A program made the position numbers and the translations under genes. Shown here piece after piece: positions 35,082 through 44,989 of a DNA stretch of 64,000 nt. Numbering within the stretch: position 1 is the stretch's first letter; the number at the start of each line of letters is the position of its first letter. Origin of the DNA: an uncultured Planctomycetales bacterium (GTDB lineage: Bacteria > Omnitrophota > Gorgyraeia > Zapsychrales > CAYRXT01); NCBI GenBank assembly GCA_964428315.1, contig CAYRXT010000002.1, positions 6,859-70,858 on the forward strand. The letters are read 5' to 3'. The notes under the pieces are model-generated. The model was not told the origin of the DNA, did not search any database, and worked only from the letters and a program-made list of their open reading frames with translations.

Positions 35082-37397
35082 ATGCGAAAAACAATTTTTT
35101 TCTTTACGGTAGCGTGTCTTTTTGCGCTCGTTCGTCCCGTGTGGGGCCAGCCCGATGGGACGGTCAGCGCGGTTGTCGATCAGAAGATCGTCAAGGCCAT
35201 AGAGATCAGAGGCAACAAGACCATCTCGGATGCGGCCATCCTTTCCAAGATCAAGACCCGCGTAGGCCAGGACTACCTCCAGAATGTCATCAGCGACGAC
35301 CTCAAACGTCTTTATAACACGGGTTATTTTTCCGACGTGAGCGTTGACCGTCAGGATTACAAGGGAGGCTTTAAGGTTATCATTTTTCTGACGGAAAAGC
35401 CGATCATCGACGAGATCACCTTCACGAAAACCCGCTATTATTCTCCCCGAACGCTCGCCTTCAAAATCGACACGAAGGAAGGAAAGTTCCTGGACCGGAA
35501 AGTCCTCAAAGACGATATGGATACGATCCGGGAACTTTACGCCAAAAAGGGGTTAAGCAACGTCGAGGTCAGCGTCGACACGGAAATGGACAAAACCACC
35601 AACAAGGCACGGCTTCATTTCGTCATCAACGAAGGACAGCGCCAGAAGATCACCCGCATTAACGTGACGGGCAACGAGGCCTTTCGGGACAAGCGTATCA
35701 TTAAAGCCGTCAAGACCAGGACGGCCTGGCTTTTCTCTTCGGGCTATCTCAAGGAAGAAGTCCTAGAAGAAGACATGGTCCGCATCGAATCCTTTTACGA
35801 AAAGCACGGGTACATCAACGCCGAGGCGTCTTATTCCGTGGAAACGAATGAGCGCGGGCACCTCACGGTCAACATTTCGATCCAGGAAGGAAAGCAGTAT
35901 TTCGTCGGGGACATCACATTTGAAGGCAACGAGGTGGTCTCCGGGGGCGAGTTGCGCGATGCGATGGAAAAGATCAAGGAGGGCCAGGTGTTCAGCCGGG
36001 ACAAACTGGATGTGGACCTGGCCGCTATCCGCAGCCTCTATTTCGATAAGGGATATATTTTCGCCAAAGTCCAGGAGTCCACGTCCCTGAATCCCCAGAC
36101 GGGGCGGGTTGACGTGCGCGTCTCGCTGAATGAAGGGGGCCTGGCTTATGTGAACATGATCAAGATTCAGGGGAATACCCGGACCCGGGATATCGTTATC
36201 CGGCGCGAGCTCCGGATCAAACCGGGAGAAGAATTCGACGGAGAGAAACTGCGGCGCAGCAAGGAACGGCTGCGCAATCTGGGGTACTTCGAAGATATCA
36301 GCTATGATATCGAAGATACCAGCCAGCCCGACCGGAAAGACCTGGTCGTCCAGGTGCAGGAAACCAAGACCGGGACATTCAGCTTCGGCGGGGGATACAG
36401 CTCCATAGATCAGGTGGTGGGCTTTGTCGAGATCGAACAGAAGAACTTCGATTTCACCAATTGGCCGACGTTTACCGGCGGAGGACAGAATCTGCTGGTT
36501 CATGCCGAGGCCGGCTCCTTAAGAAACAACGTGCGATTAAGTTTCACCGAGCCGTGGATTTTCGACTATCCGGTTTCCGGCGGTTTCGACCTGTACCGGA
36601 CCATGCGGTTGCGGGAGAGGGACGTCGGCTACGGATACGATGAAGAGAGGCTGGGGGCCAACTTCCGTTTCGGCAAACAGCTTTCGGAATATGTCTCGGG
36701 CGGGATCAGTTATCGCATCGAAGAGATTACCATCGACAATCTCGAAGATAACGCCAGTGCCGACCTCAGAAATGAGGTAGGCACCAACAATGTGAGCGTT
36801 ATGACCTTCCGGTTAAGCCGGGATACGCGGGATAACGTTTTTTCGCCCACTCGAGGCTGGTTTTTAAGCGGGACCACGGATGTCGCCGGAGGATTCCTGG
36901 GCGGAGACAAGGACTTCATCCGGTTCCAGGGGAAGACGACGTGCGATATCCCGCTGTTTTTCGGTTCGGTCCTGGAATTCCGTTTGAGGACCGGGGTCGC
37001 TGACGCCTACGGGGATTCGGAGGAGGTCCCGATCTTCGAGCGGTTCTTCGCCGGCGGCGCCTATTCGATCCGCGGTTACAACGAGCGCAAGGTCGGTCCG
37101 ATCGATCCGGTCTCGGAGGACCCCATCGGCGGGGAAGCCATGCTCGTGGGTAATGTGGAATATATCGTGCCGGTGGTCGAATTTATCAAGGTGGCCGCGT
37201 TCTTTGATTCGGGCAATGTCTGGCGCAGGATCGAAGATCTCGGGTCGGGCAATTTCAAGTCCGGGATGGGATTGGGACTGCGAGTCAGGACGCCCATCGG
37301 CCCGATCAACCTGGATTACGGTTACCCGTTAAACGATGAGCCGGGCGAGGAAGAAAAACAGGGCAAGTTTTATTTCAGTATAAGCCGGGGTTTTTAA
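35082..37397 (+). CDS. bamA: Outer membrane protein assembly factor BamA
   Basis: Signal peptide from ATG 35082, POTRA repeats (GNTRTRD.VIRRE), IRGY motif, TPIGPI.LDYG, C-terminal F. Confidence 0.95.
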   Translation: MRKTIFFFTVACLFALVRPVWGQPDGTVSAVVDQKIVKAIEIRGNKTISDAAILSKIKTRVGQDYLQNVISDDLKRLYNTGYFSDVSVDRQDYKGGFKVIIFLTEKPIIDEITFTKTRYYSPRTLAFKIDTKEGKFLDRKVLKDDMDTIRELYAKKGLSNVEVSVDTEMDKTTNKARLHFVINEGQRQKITRINVTGNEAFRDKRIIKAVKTRTAWLFSSGYLKEEVLEEDMVRIESFYEKHGYINAEASYSVETNERGHLTVNISIQEGKQYFVGDITFEGNEVVSGGELRDAMEKIKEGQVFSRDKLDVDLAAIRSLYFDKGYIFAKVQESTSLNPQTGRVDVRVSLNEGGLAYVNMIKIQGNTRTRDIVIRRELRIKPGEEFDGEKLRRSKERLRNLGYFEDISYDIEDTSQPDRKDLVVQVQETKTGTFSFGGGYSSIDQVVGFVEIEQKNFDFTNWPTFTGGGQNLLVHAEAGSLRNNVRLSFTEPWIFDYPVSGGFDLYRTMRLRERDVGYGYDEERLGANFRFGKQLSEYVSGGISYRIEEITIDNLEDNASADLRNEVGTNNVSVMTFRLSRDTRDNVFSPTRGWFLSGTTDVAGGFLGGDKDFIRFQGKTTCDIPLFFGSVLEFRLRTGVADAYGDSEEVPIFERFFAGGAYSIRGYNERKVGPIDPVSEDPIGGEAMLVGNVEYIVPVVEFIKVAAFFDSGNVWRRIEDLGSGNFKSGMGLGLRVRTPIGPINLDYGYPLNDEPGEEEKQGKFYFSISRGF

Positions 37398-37408
37398 AGG
37401 AGGTTATC

Positions 37409-37921
37409 ATGAATAGGAGTATACGGATTTTGACTGCGGTTTTTATATTCGCGTTGGGGGTATGCCTGGTTATGGCCCATCCCATTAAGGCGGCCGAGGG
37501 GCCCAAGATGGCCTTCGTCAACATCAGCAGGATCTTTGACGCGTATCAAAAGACCCAAAAGTATAATACACAGCTTGACGAGAAATACTCGGAATACGAG
37601 GAGGAACGCAACAAGAAAATCGAAGAGATCCGCGAGTCCGAAGGGCGCCTCTCTCTGCTGAAGGAATCCGAGCGCAAGAAGCTCGAAGCGGAGATCGAGG
37701 AGAAAAAGAACGCCCTTTTGGAGTTTGACCGCGCGCAGCAGACAGATTTGCGCAAGGAGCGGGATGAGAAGATCCGCGAGATTCTGGTTGAGATCGAGAA
37801 TATTATCAACGATTTTGCCAAAAAGGAAGGCTACACGCTCATCCTGAACGACCGCGTCCTCATCTACGGGGAAGAAAGCCTGGATATCACCGACAAGATT
37901 ATCGAGCGGCTTAATAAATAG
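37409..37921 (+). CDS. skp: OmpH/Skp periplasmic chaperone
   Basis: Signal peptide, K.AFVN, coiled coil, GYTLIL...DITD.II; directly after bamA. Confidence 0.9.
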   Translation: MNRSIRILTAVFIFALGVCLVMAHPIKAAEGPKMAFVNISRIFDAYQKTQKYNTQLDEKYSEYEEERNKKIEEIRESEGRLSLLKESERKKLEAEIEEKKNALLEFDRAQQTDLRKERDEKIREILVEIENIINDFAKKEGYTLILNDRVLIYGEESLDITDKIIERLNK

Positions 37922-37936
37922 ATCCCGGCCGTTGAT

Positions 37937-38992
37937 ATGCATAAGGTTTTAGGGGAGATAGCAGAATTTGTTGGCGGCAGCGTCATTGGCGACGAACGAT
38001 TAGTCATCACCGGTGTGCACGGCGTTCAGGATGCGCAGGACGGAGATTTGACGTTCGTCGATAACCCGAAATATTTCTCGCTTATTGGTAAAACACAGGC
38101 CTCCGCGATTATCGTTCCCGCCGGAATGAAGGATGCCGCTCCTGATAACAAGTCGTTGATTGTGGCGGACAATCCCTCCTATGCCTTTGCCAGGGCCGCA
38201 TCACTCTTCATCGAAGATGAGGATTTTTTTCCAAAAGGTATCCATGAGTCGGCACTGATTGCCGGAAGTGCGCGCGTCGGAAAAGATGCGCGCATCGGCC
38301 CCTTTGTCGTGGTTGAAGACGAGGTGCGGATCGGCGATCGGGTCATGATCGGCGCGGGAAGCTTTATCGGAGCCAAAACGCGCGTCGGCAGCGGAACGCG
38401 CATCTATCCCCACGTGACGATACGCGAAAAGGGTGCCATCGGGGAAAGGGCGACGATACACAGCGGCGCGGTCATCGGGGCGGACGGTTTCGGGTTTGTG
38501 AACGTCGAGGGTGAGCACAAAAAAATTCCGCAGTTCGGCATCGTCGTGATTGAAGATGATGTTGAGATCGGCGCGAACGTGACTATCGACCGGGCCAGGT
38601 TCGGTGAAACATTTGTCGGCCGAGGGACAAAGATCGATAACCTGGTCCACATTGCCCATAATGTGAAGATCGGGAAGAACTGCCTGATCATCGCTCTGGT
38701 CGGGATATCCGGAAGCGTGACCCTAGGAGAGAACGTGATCCTTGCCGGACAGGCGGGGATTACGGGACACCTTTCCATAGGAGACGGATCCATCGTCATG
38801 GCCAAGGCGGGCGTGACGAAATCCCTGCCCGCCGGGAGCACGGTGTTCGGCTGGCCCGCACAGTCTCATAAAGTCGCCAAAAGACTCCGGGCGCATGTGC
38901 AGAGACTGCCGGATTACGTCAAGCAGATCAGGGAACTGAAGGAACGCATCGAAAAGCTGGAAGAGAACAGGGCGAAAGAGGGATCGCAATAG
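37937..38992 (+). CDS. lpxD: UDP-3-O-acyl-glucosamine N-acyltransferase
   Basis: IGADGFG, KIPQ.G.V.IEDDVEIGAN..IDR, TKIDNLVHIAHNV. Confidence 0.96.
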   Translation: MHKVLGEIAEFVGGSVIGDERLVITGVHGVQDAQDGDLTFVDNPKYFSLIGKTQASAIIVPAGMKDAAPDNKSLIVADNPSYAFARAASLFIEDEDFFPKGIHESALIAGSARVGKDARIGPFVVVEDEVRIGDRVMIGAGSFIGAKTRVGSGTRIYPHVTIREKGAIGERATIHSGAVIGADGFGFVNVEGEHKKIPQFGIVVIEDDVEIGANVTIDRARFGETFVGRGTKIDNLVHIAHNVKIGKNCLIIALVGISGSVTLGENVILAGQAGITGHLSIGDGSIVMAKAGVTKSLPAGSTVFGWPAQSHKVAKRLRAHVQRLPDYVKQIRELKERIEKLEENRAKEGSQ

Positions 38993-38995
38993 GAT

Positions 38996-40330
38996 ATGAG
39001 CGAAAAGCAAAGGACAGTGGCCCGGGACGTTGAAATGGAGGGCATCGGACTCCACACCGGGCACAAGGTCAGAATGACGGTGAAGACCTCGGAGGCAGAC
39101 AGGGGCATCGACTTTGTCCGCACGGATTTGTCTCATCGTCCCGTCATACGGGCCCAGACATCCAATGTGCTTCTTGATAAGAGCCTCCCCCGTTGTACCT
39201 CTATCGGCGTCCGGGACGCGGAGATCCACACGGTCGAACATTTGATGGCGGCCTTTTATGGGCTGGGCATTGATAATGCCGTTGTTGAGATCAACGGCGA
39301 CGAGGTCCCCGGCCTTGACGGAAGCTCTCTGGATTTCCTCAGCGCTTTCAAGAAGGCGGGTGTGCGGGAATTGGACCGGGATAAACGGTATTTCGCGGTT
39401 AAGGAACCCATATGGGCGGAGAAAAACGGCGCGTCGATTTCCGTACAGCCGGCGGATGATTTCAAGATATCGTACATCCTGGATTACGACCATCCTTTTT
39501 TGAAAACGCAGTTTTTCAGTCTGGAGCCGAGCGCCGAGTTATTCGAAAAAGAGATCGCCCCTTCCCGGACATTTTGTCTGGACAAAGAAGCCGAAGAGCT
39601 GCGCAAGAACGGACTCGGCCTGGGGGCGAATTACCAGAATACCCTCGTGATTACGCCTGACGGGGTCAAGGATAATGTTCTCCGTTACGAGAATGAATTT
39701 GCCCGGCACAAGATCCTGGATTTTATCGGAGACCTTTATCTTTTCGGCCAACCGATCCTCGGTCACGTCGTGGCCGTGAAGAGCGGACACCGCCTTAACC
39801 GGATGCTTCTGACCAGGATCGCGGAACAGCAAGAAAAATATTCCGCCAGGGAAGCCGTAAAGACACAGGTATCACTGTCCGATCCGAAACTGGACATCGA
39901 CGGAATTATGCGGGTTTTGCCTCACCGTTTCCCCTTTCTCTTTGTGGACAGGATCATTGAACTGGAGAAGGGCAAGAGGGTGGTGGGGATCAAGAACGTC
40001 ACGATCAACGATTATTTTTTCAAAGGCCATTTCCCGACACGTCCGGTGATGCCCGGCGTGATTATGGTAGAGGCCATGGCCCAGGCCGGCGGCATTGCCG
40101 TTCTGACCGACGAAAAGAACGACGGCAAGCTGGCCTTTTTCATGGGGGCCAATAATGTGAAATTCCGGAAGATCGTTCATCCGGGGGACCAGCTGGTCCT
40201 TGAGGCCGAAGTCATGCGGAACAAGTCGAGGATCGCCCAGATTCAGGCGCGGGCCAAGGTCGAGGGCCAGGTTGTCGCCGAAGCGGAGATGACGTTTTCT
40301 TTCACGGATGCATCCTTTTTGGCGCCGTGA
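38996..40330 (+). CDS. lpxC: Bifunctional LpxC-FabZ
   Basis: GIGLHTG, TVEHLMAA, DGSS, RHKILD..GDL (LpxC); LPHRFPFLFVD, FFKGHFP..PVMPGV...EAMAQ (FabZ). Confidence 0.95.
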   Translation: MSEKQRTVARDVEMEGIGLHTGHKVRMTVKTSEADRGIDFVRTDLSHRPVIRAQTSNVLLDKSLPRCTSIGVRDAEIHTVEHLMAAFYGLGIDNAVVEINGDEVPGLDGSSLDFLSAFKKAGVRELDRDKRYFAVKEPIWAEKNGASISVQPADDFKISYILDYDHPFLKTQFFSLEPSAELFEKEIAPSRTFCLDKEAEELRKNGLGLGANYQNTLVITPDGVKDNVLRYENEFARHKILDFIGDLYLFGQPILGHVVAVKSGHRLNRMLLTRIAEQQEKYSAREAVKTQVSLSDPKLDIDGIMRVLPHRFPFLFVDRIIELEKGKRVVGIKNVTINDYFFKGHFPTRPVMPGVIMVEAMAQAGGIAVLTDEKNDGKLAFFMGANNVKFRKIVHPGDQLVLEAEVMRNKSRIAQIQARAKVEGQVVAEAEMTFSFTDASFLAP

Positions 40331-40416
40331 AGGGGGCTCGGGCCGTCTGAGACGGCAGTCAGGGCCGATGACGTGACAGACGATATGTTATGATGCCTTC
40401 AGCGTACTGACAAGCA

Positions 40417-41199
40417 ATGGAAATGAACATTCACGAAACAGCCATTATCCATCCGAAAGCGAAACTGGACAGCAGTGTTGTGGTGGGGCCGTATTCGGTC
40501 ATCGGCGAGAATGTTAGTGTCGGCAAGGATGTTCAGATAGGAGCACACTGCCTGCTTGACGGACATACGACGGTTGGCGCGCGGTGCCGTTTTTTTAGCG
40601 GAGCGGTTATCGGGAGCATACCCCAGGATAAGAAGTTCGATCCACGGAAACCGACCTTTTTGCAGATCGGCGAAGATAACATTTTTCGCGAATACGTGAC
40701 CGTGAACCCCGGAACCAGCGAAGGCGGCGGAAAGACGGTGATCGGCAACGAAAACCTGTTTATGGCCTACTCCCATATCGCCCATGACTGCGTGGTAGGA
40801 GATCATTGCGTCCTGGCCAACAACGGGACCCTGGCAGGCCATGTGATCCTCGAGGACATGGCCGTTGTGGGAGGACTTACGGCCGTTCACCAGTTTGTCC
40901 GTCTTGGACGACTGTCTATCGTCGGCGGATGTTCCAAGGTTGTCCAGGATATCCCGCCGTTTTCGACATGCGACGGACATCCCGCCAAGGTCTTCGGACT
41001 GAATGCCGTCGGAATAAAACGGGCGCGGTTTTCTTCGCACACGGTCAAACTCCTCAAAAAGGCATTTAAGATACTGTTTCACTCGGGATTAAACCGCACG
41101 CACGCGGTCCAGAAAGTCGAAAATGAGATGACCAAGTGTCCTGAGATCGAGCATCTGCTCTTCTTTATGAAGACATCCAAGCGCGGTGTGTGTTCTTAG
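40417..41199 (+). CDS. lpxA: Acyl-ACP--UDP-GlcNAc O-acyltransferase
   Basis: IHETAII, PQDKKF, REYVTVNPGT, MAYSHIAHDC, VHQFVR. Confidence 0.96.
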   Translation: MEMNIHETAIIHPKAKLDSSVVVGPYSVIGENVSVGKDVQIGAHCLLDGHTTVGARCRFFSGAVIGSIPQDKKFDPRKPTFLQIGEDNIFREYVTVNPGTSEGGGKTVIGNENLFMAYSHIAHDCVVGDHCVLANNGTLAGHVILEDMAVVGGLTAVHQFVRLGRLSIVGGCSKVVQDIPPFSTCDGHPAKVFGLNAVGIKRARFSSHTVKLLKKAFKILFHSGLNRTHAVQKVENEMTKCPEIEHLLFFMKTSKRGVCS

Positions 41200-41226
41200 G
41201 TCCGCAATGGTCTTTCCCTGCCGGAC

Positions 41227-42057
41227 ATGATGCCATCAAGCGAATCGTCCCAGACTAAAATCATCGGCCTTATTGCGGGTAACGGCCGGTTTCCTTTTCT
41301 TTTTGCCACGGAGGCAAGAAGAAAAGGGTGGACCGTTATGGCCGTCGGCATCCGGGGTGACACCTCGGTTTTTTTAAGGTCCTGCGTGGACCGGCTGACT
41401 ATGATCAACGCCGGAGACTTAAGGCGGATGTTTGACCTTTTTCGCGACCAGGGCGTGAAGAAGGTGATCATGGCCGGCCAGGTCAATCCCAACAATCTTT
41501 TTGACGAACAGCTCCGGTTTGACGAGGAATTTCGCGGTTTATTTCTCGCCATGAAAGACCGCAAGGCGGACACGATCTTCGCCGCGATCGCCCAAAAATT
41601 GCAGGAACATGGTCTGGAACTTATCGAATCTACTTTTCTGCTGGACAAGTATCTGGCGCCCAAAGGCACTTTGACCCGACGGGGCCCCACGGTTGAGGAA
41701 CTGCAGGATATCGGTTTCGGCCGTGAAATCGCCAAGGCCATGGGCGGCCTTGATGTGGGACAGACGGTCGTGGTGAAAGAGAAGGCGATTGTGGCCATTG
41801 AGGCCATGGAGGGTACCGACCGCACGATCCGCCGGGGCGGGAAGATCGCGCAGCGGGGGGCGGTTGTGGTAAAGATGAGCAAGCCGGACCAGGATGCGCG
41901 TTTTGATATTCCGGTGATAGGCCCGCGGACAATGACGGCAATGCGCAGGGCGCAGGCCGGGTGCATCGCTGTTGAGGCGGGAAAGACCATTATCATTGAC
42001 CGGGAAAAGACTGTCCGGCTGGCCGACCGTTTCGGTATCTGCCTTGTCTGTGTTTGA
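41227..42057 (+). CDS. lpxI: UDP-2,3-diacylglucosamine diphosphatase LpxI
   Basis: GLIAGNGRFP, DVGQTVVV, AIEAMEGTD, KP.QD.RFDIPVIG. Confidence 0.93.
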   Translation: MMPSSESSQTKIIGLIAGNGRFPFLFATEARRKGWTVMAVGIRGDTSVFLRSCVDRLTMINAGDLRRMFDLFRDQGVKKVIMAGQVNPNNLFDEQLRFDEEFRGLFLAMKDRKADTIFAAIAQKLQEHGLELIESTFLLDKYLAPKGTLTRRGPTVEELQDIGFGREIAKAMGGLDVGQTVVVKEKAIVAIEAMEGTDRTIRRGGKIAQRGAVVVKMSKPDQDARFDIPVIGPRTMTAMRRAQAGCIAVEAGKTIIIDREKTVRLADRFGICLVCV

Positions 42058-42083
42058 ACAGGAACGTCCCCAAAAAAAGGAGG

Positions 42084-42111
42084 GGCTTCCCCTGGGAGGG
42101 AAGCCTTTTTT
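42084..42111 (+). terminator. Intrinsic terminator after lpxI
   Basis: GGCTTCCC-CTGGGA-GGGAAGCC followed by TTTTTT. Confidence 0.85.
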
Positions 42112-42252
42112 GTTGGTTGTTGCGGGGTTAGAGATCAGGGAGAGCCCGCCATTGCTATTGCGTATAGGTATGAGGCCAAAAGGGTTAGAGCCATGGTAAC
42201 CGGGGATAGGGAGGGTCGGCAGGGCCGGTTTTCCCTTTGTAAGGCTTTTAAA

Positions 42253-42281
42253 TTGACACTATTTTGCTTTTTCTATATAAT
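42253..42281 (+). promoter_or_regulatory. Consensus sigma70 promoter for lysS
   Basis: TTGACA-N17-TATAAT, perfect consensus. Confidence 0.85.
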
Positions 42282-42317
42282 GAGTTTTCCATATTAATAT
42301 AAATATTAAAAATATTT

Positions 42318-43784
42318 ATGGATATTAACGAGATAAGAAAAATTAGAATAGAAAAATTGGGACATCTCAAGAGCAGAGGGATATGCCCTTACGGAGAAGC
42401 CTTTCCCCGTTCCGGAAGTATTTCTTCGGTTTTAAAGGGTTTTGATGAGGGCAGGAAGGTTGCCTTAGCGGGACGGATTGTCGCCAACCGCCGCCACGGC
42501 AAGGTCTTCTTTCTGGATATACAGGATCAGACGGACAAGATACAACTTTATCTTAAAAAAGACGACGCCGGAGACGAGGCCTCGGCGGTCGTCCAGGAGT
42601 TGGATATCGGAGACATCATCGGGGTTCACGGCGAGCTTTTTAAGACGAAAACAGGCCAGGAAAGCGTGAGGGTCGAGAAGATGGTCTTTTTGAGCAAGGC
42701 CCTGATGACCCTGCCGGAAAAGTGGCACGGCCTCAAGGATGTCGAGACCCGTTACCGGCAGCGCTATATTGATTTGATCGTGAATAAAGAAGTGCGCGAG
42801 CTGTTTTTCAGACGGAGCCGTATCATTTCTCTGATCCGGCATTTTCTGGACGGCCGGGGTTTTCTTGAGGTCGAAACCCCCATGCTCCAGCCGATGGCGG
42901 GCGGCGCGCGCGGCAGGCCGTTCAAGAGCAGGCATAACGCCTATGACCTTGAGGTTTTTCTGCGTATTGCGCCCGAACTCTATCTGAAACGGTTGTTGGT
43001 CGGCGGTTTTGAGAAGGTTTACGAGATCAACAGGAATTTCCGCAACGAAGGGATCTCGACACGCCACAATCCGGAGTTTACGATGCTCGAGGTCTATGAG
43101 GCCTTTGCGGATTATGAAGGCATGATGAGATTGACCGAGGAGCTTATCAGTCATGTGGCAAAAGAGATCATCGGATCGCACACATTGACGTACCAGGGCA
43201 GGACGATTGATTTGACGCCGCCCTGGGAGAGGCGTTCCTTTGCCAGTATGGTTAAGGAAAAATTCGACATCGATTCCAGCGACGATGCGGCCGCCATGCT
43301 CGAGAAGATCAGGGCCCGCCGTAAGGTTGTCAATCCAGGCAAGCTGACGCGCTCGGCCGTGATGAAGATCGTGGAAGAGGAGCTTGAATCGGAGGCGAAC
43401 GCTAATCCGGTGTTCTTTACGGACTATTTCACGTTCCTTTCACCTTTGGCAAAGTCCTCCCCTCAAGATCCGGCGATTGCCCAGAGGTTTGAGGTCTTCA
43501 TCGCCGGCCTGGAGGTCGGCAACGCCTATTCCGAACTCAACGATCCCCGGGAACAGCACGAGCGGCTTGTGGGGGACCTGGAGGATGACACCGAAACCGG
43601 CCAGAGAAAGGTTGATGAGGATTTCCTGCGTGCCCTGGAATACGGCATGCCTCCCGCGGGGGGGCTGGGCATCGGCGTCGACAGGCTGATTATGCTGCTG
43701 ACCGACGCGCCTTCCATCAGGGATGTTATCCTTTTCCCTCTTCTCAAACCCCGGCACAAAGAAAGTCCGTCGGTCGAATCATGA
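42318..43784 (+). CDS. lysS: Lysine--tRNA ligase (class II)
   Basis: LPEKWHGL.D.E.RYRQRY, LRIAPELYLKRL, FRNEGISTRHNPEF, YGMPPAGGLGIGVDRL. Confidence 0.97.
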   Translation: MDINEIRKIRIEKLGHLKSRGICPYGEAFPRSGSISSVLKGFDEGRKVALAGRIVANRRHGKVFFLDIQDQTDKIQLYLKKDDAGDEASAVVQELDIGDIIGVHGELFKTKTGQESVRVEKMVFLSKALMTLPEKWHGLKDVETRYRQRYIDLIVNKEVRELFFRRSRIISLIRHFLDGRGFLEVETPMLQPMAGGARGRPFKSRHNAYDLEVFLRIAPELYLKRLLVGGFEKVYEINRNFRNEGISTRHNPEFTMLEVYEAFADYEGMMRLTEELISHVAKEIIGSHTLTYQGRTIDLTPPWERRSFASMVKEKFDIDSSDDAAAMLEKIRARRKVVNPGKLTRSAVMKIVEEELESEANANPVFFTDYFTFLSPLAKSSPQDPAIAQRFEVFIAGLEVGNAYSELNDPREQHERLVGDLEDDTETGQRKVDEDFLRALEYGMPPAGGLGIGVDRLIMLLTDAPSIRDVILFPLLKPRHKESPSVES

Positions 43785-44983
43785 ACGTGGAAGGCTGGAT
43801 CAGCTATCGTTATCTGAAAGGCAACCGCGACCGGTTTGTTTCTGTGATCAACTTCGTGTCCATGACCGGCTTTGCCATCGGTGTCATGGCCCTGATCGTC
43901 GTTATCGGCGTGATGTCGGGATTCGATGAGGACCTCAGAGAAAAGATTGTGGGGACCAATGCGGACATCGTCGTGGAGAAGGAGAGCGGCATCAGGGATT
44001 ACGCGGGCGTCGCGCAGACCATCAGAACGATTGACGGCGTCAGAGGCGTCTCGCCCTATGTCAACGGGCACGTCTTCCTGGAGAGCGGCGGGCAGGCCTC
44101 GGGTGTGATGCTACGGGGCATCGATCCCGCCACGATCTCCGAGGTGACCCGGGTGAAAGAGTATCTCAGAGAAGGATCGCTCCAAGACGTGCGTGGCGAC
44201 CGGGCCGTGATCATCGGTAGCGAGATGGCGCGTTATTACGGTTATGCCGTCGGAGACGCGTTGGTGATCATCGCCCCCGGCGCCGGGATGGCCGGGGAGG
44301 GATGGCGGCATGAGCTCGAGGTGGCCGGGATCTTCAGCTCGGGCATGTTCGATTTCGACATGAACCTCATGCTGACCAATATCCCGACGGCGCAGAAGAT
44401 CTTCGATTTCCCGTCCGGCCTCGTTTCGGGCTTGTCGGTCAAGGTCGAGGACATGTATCGGGTTCAGGAAATCAAGAAGGACATCCACAGACAATTGGGT
44501 TACATCTTCCTGGTCCGGACTTGGATTGAGTCCAACAGGAACTTTTTTGCCGCCCTTAAGCTGGAAAAGTTCGCCATGTTTATTATTCTTACCTTGATTG
44601 TCCTCGTCGCGTCATTTAACATTATAAGCACGCTGATTGTCACGGTGACGACGAAGGTCAAGGATATCGGCATACTGAAATCCATCGGCATGACCGACAG
44701 GGCTATCCGGCGGACATTTACGCTCCAGGGGTTCACCCTCGGCCTGGTGGGGACGTTCTGGGGCGTGATCGGCGGGGTCGGATTAAGCCTTTTGCTGAAG
44801 AGATATCAGTTTATCCAGCTTCCTGCCGAAATCTATTATATTGACAAGCTGCCTGTTCTTTTAAAACTGAGCGACATCCTGATGATCGTCGGGGCCGCCC
44901 TTTTGATCAGTTATATGGCGACATTGTATCCGGCGGCCAAGGCGGCCCGCTTAACGCCGGTGGATGCCTTAAGGTATGAGTGA
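43781..44983 (+). CDS. Lipoprotein-releasing ABC transporter permease (LolC/E)
   Basis: GVMALIVVIGVMSGF, LIVLVASFNIISTL, IGILKSIG, ATLYPA.KAA.L.P.DALRYE. Confidence 0.93.
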   Translation: MNVEGWISYRYLKGNRDRFVSVINFVSMTGFAIGVMALIVVIGVMSGFDEDLREKIVGTNADIVVEKESGIRDYAGVAQTIRTIDGVRGVSPYVNGHVFLESGGQASGVMLRGIDPATISEVTRVKEYLREGSLQDVRGDRAVIIGSEMARYYGYAVGDALVIIAPGAGMAGEGWRHELEVAGIFSSGMFDFDMNLMLTNIPTAQKIFDFPSGLVSGLSVKVEDMYRVQEIKKDIHRQLGYIFLVRTWIESNRNFFAALKLEKFAMFIILTLIVLVASFNIISTLIVTVTTKVKDIGILKSIGMTDRAIRRTFTLQGFTLGLVGTFWGVIGGVGLSLLLKRYQFIQLPAEIYYIDKLPVLLKLSDILMIVGAALLISYMATLYPAAKAARLTPVDALRYE

Positions 44984-44989
44984 GAGGCC

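Noticed and set aside
42120-42195. GGGTTAGAG twice in the lpxI-lysS spacer, and ORF 41972-42199
   Set aside because: Only two short copies, not an array; the ORF crosses a terminator and has no motif
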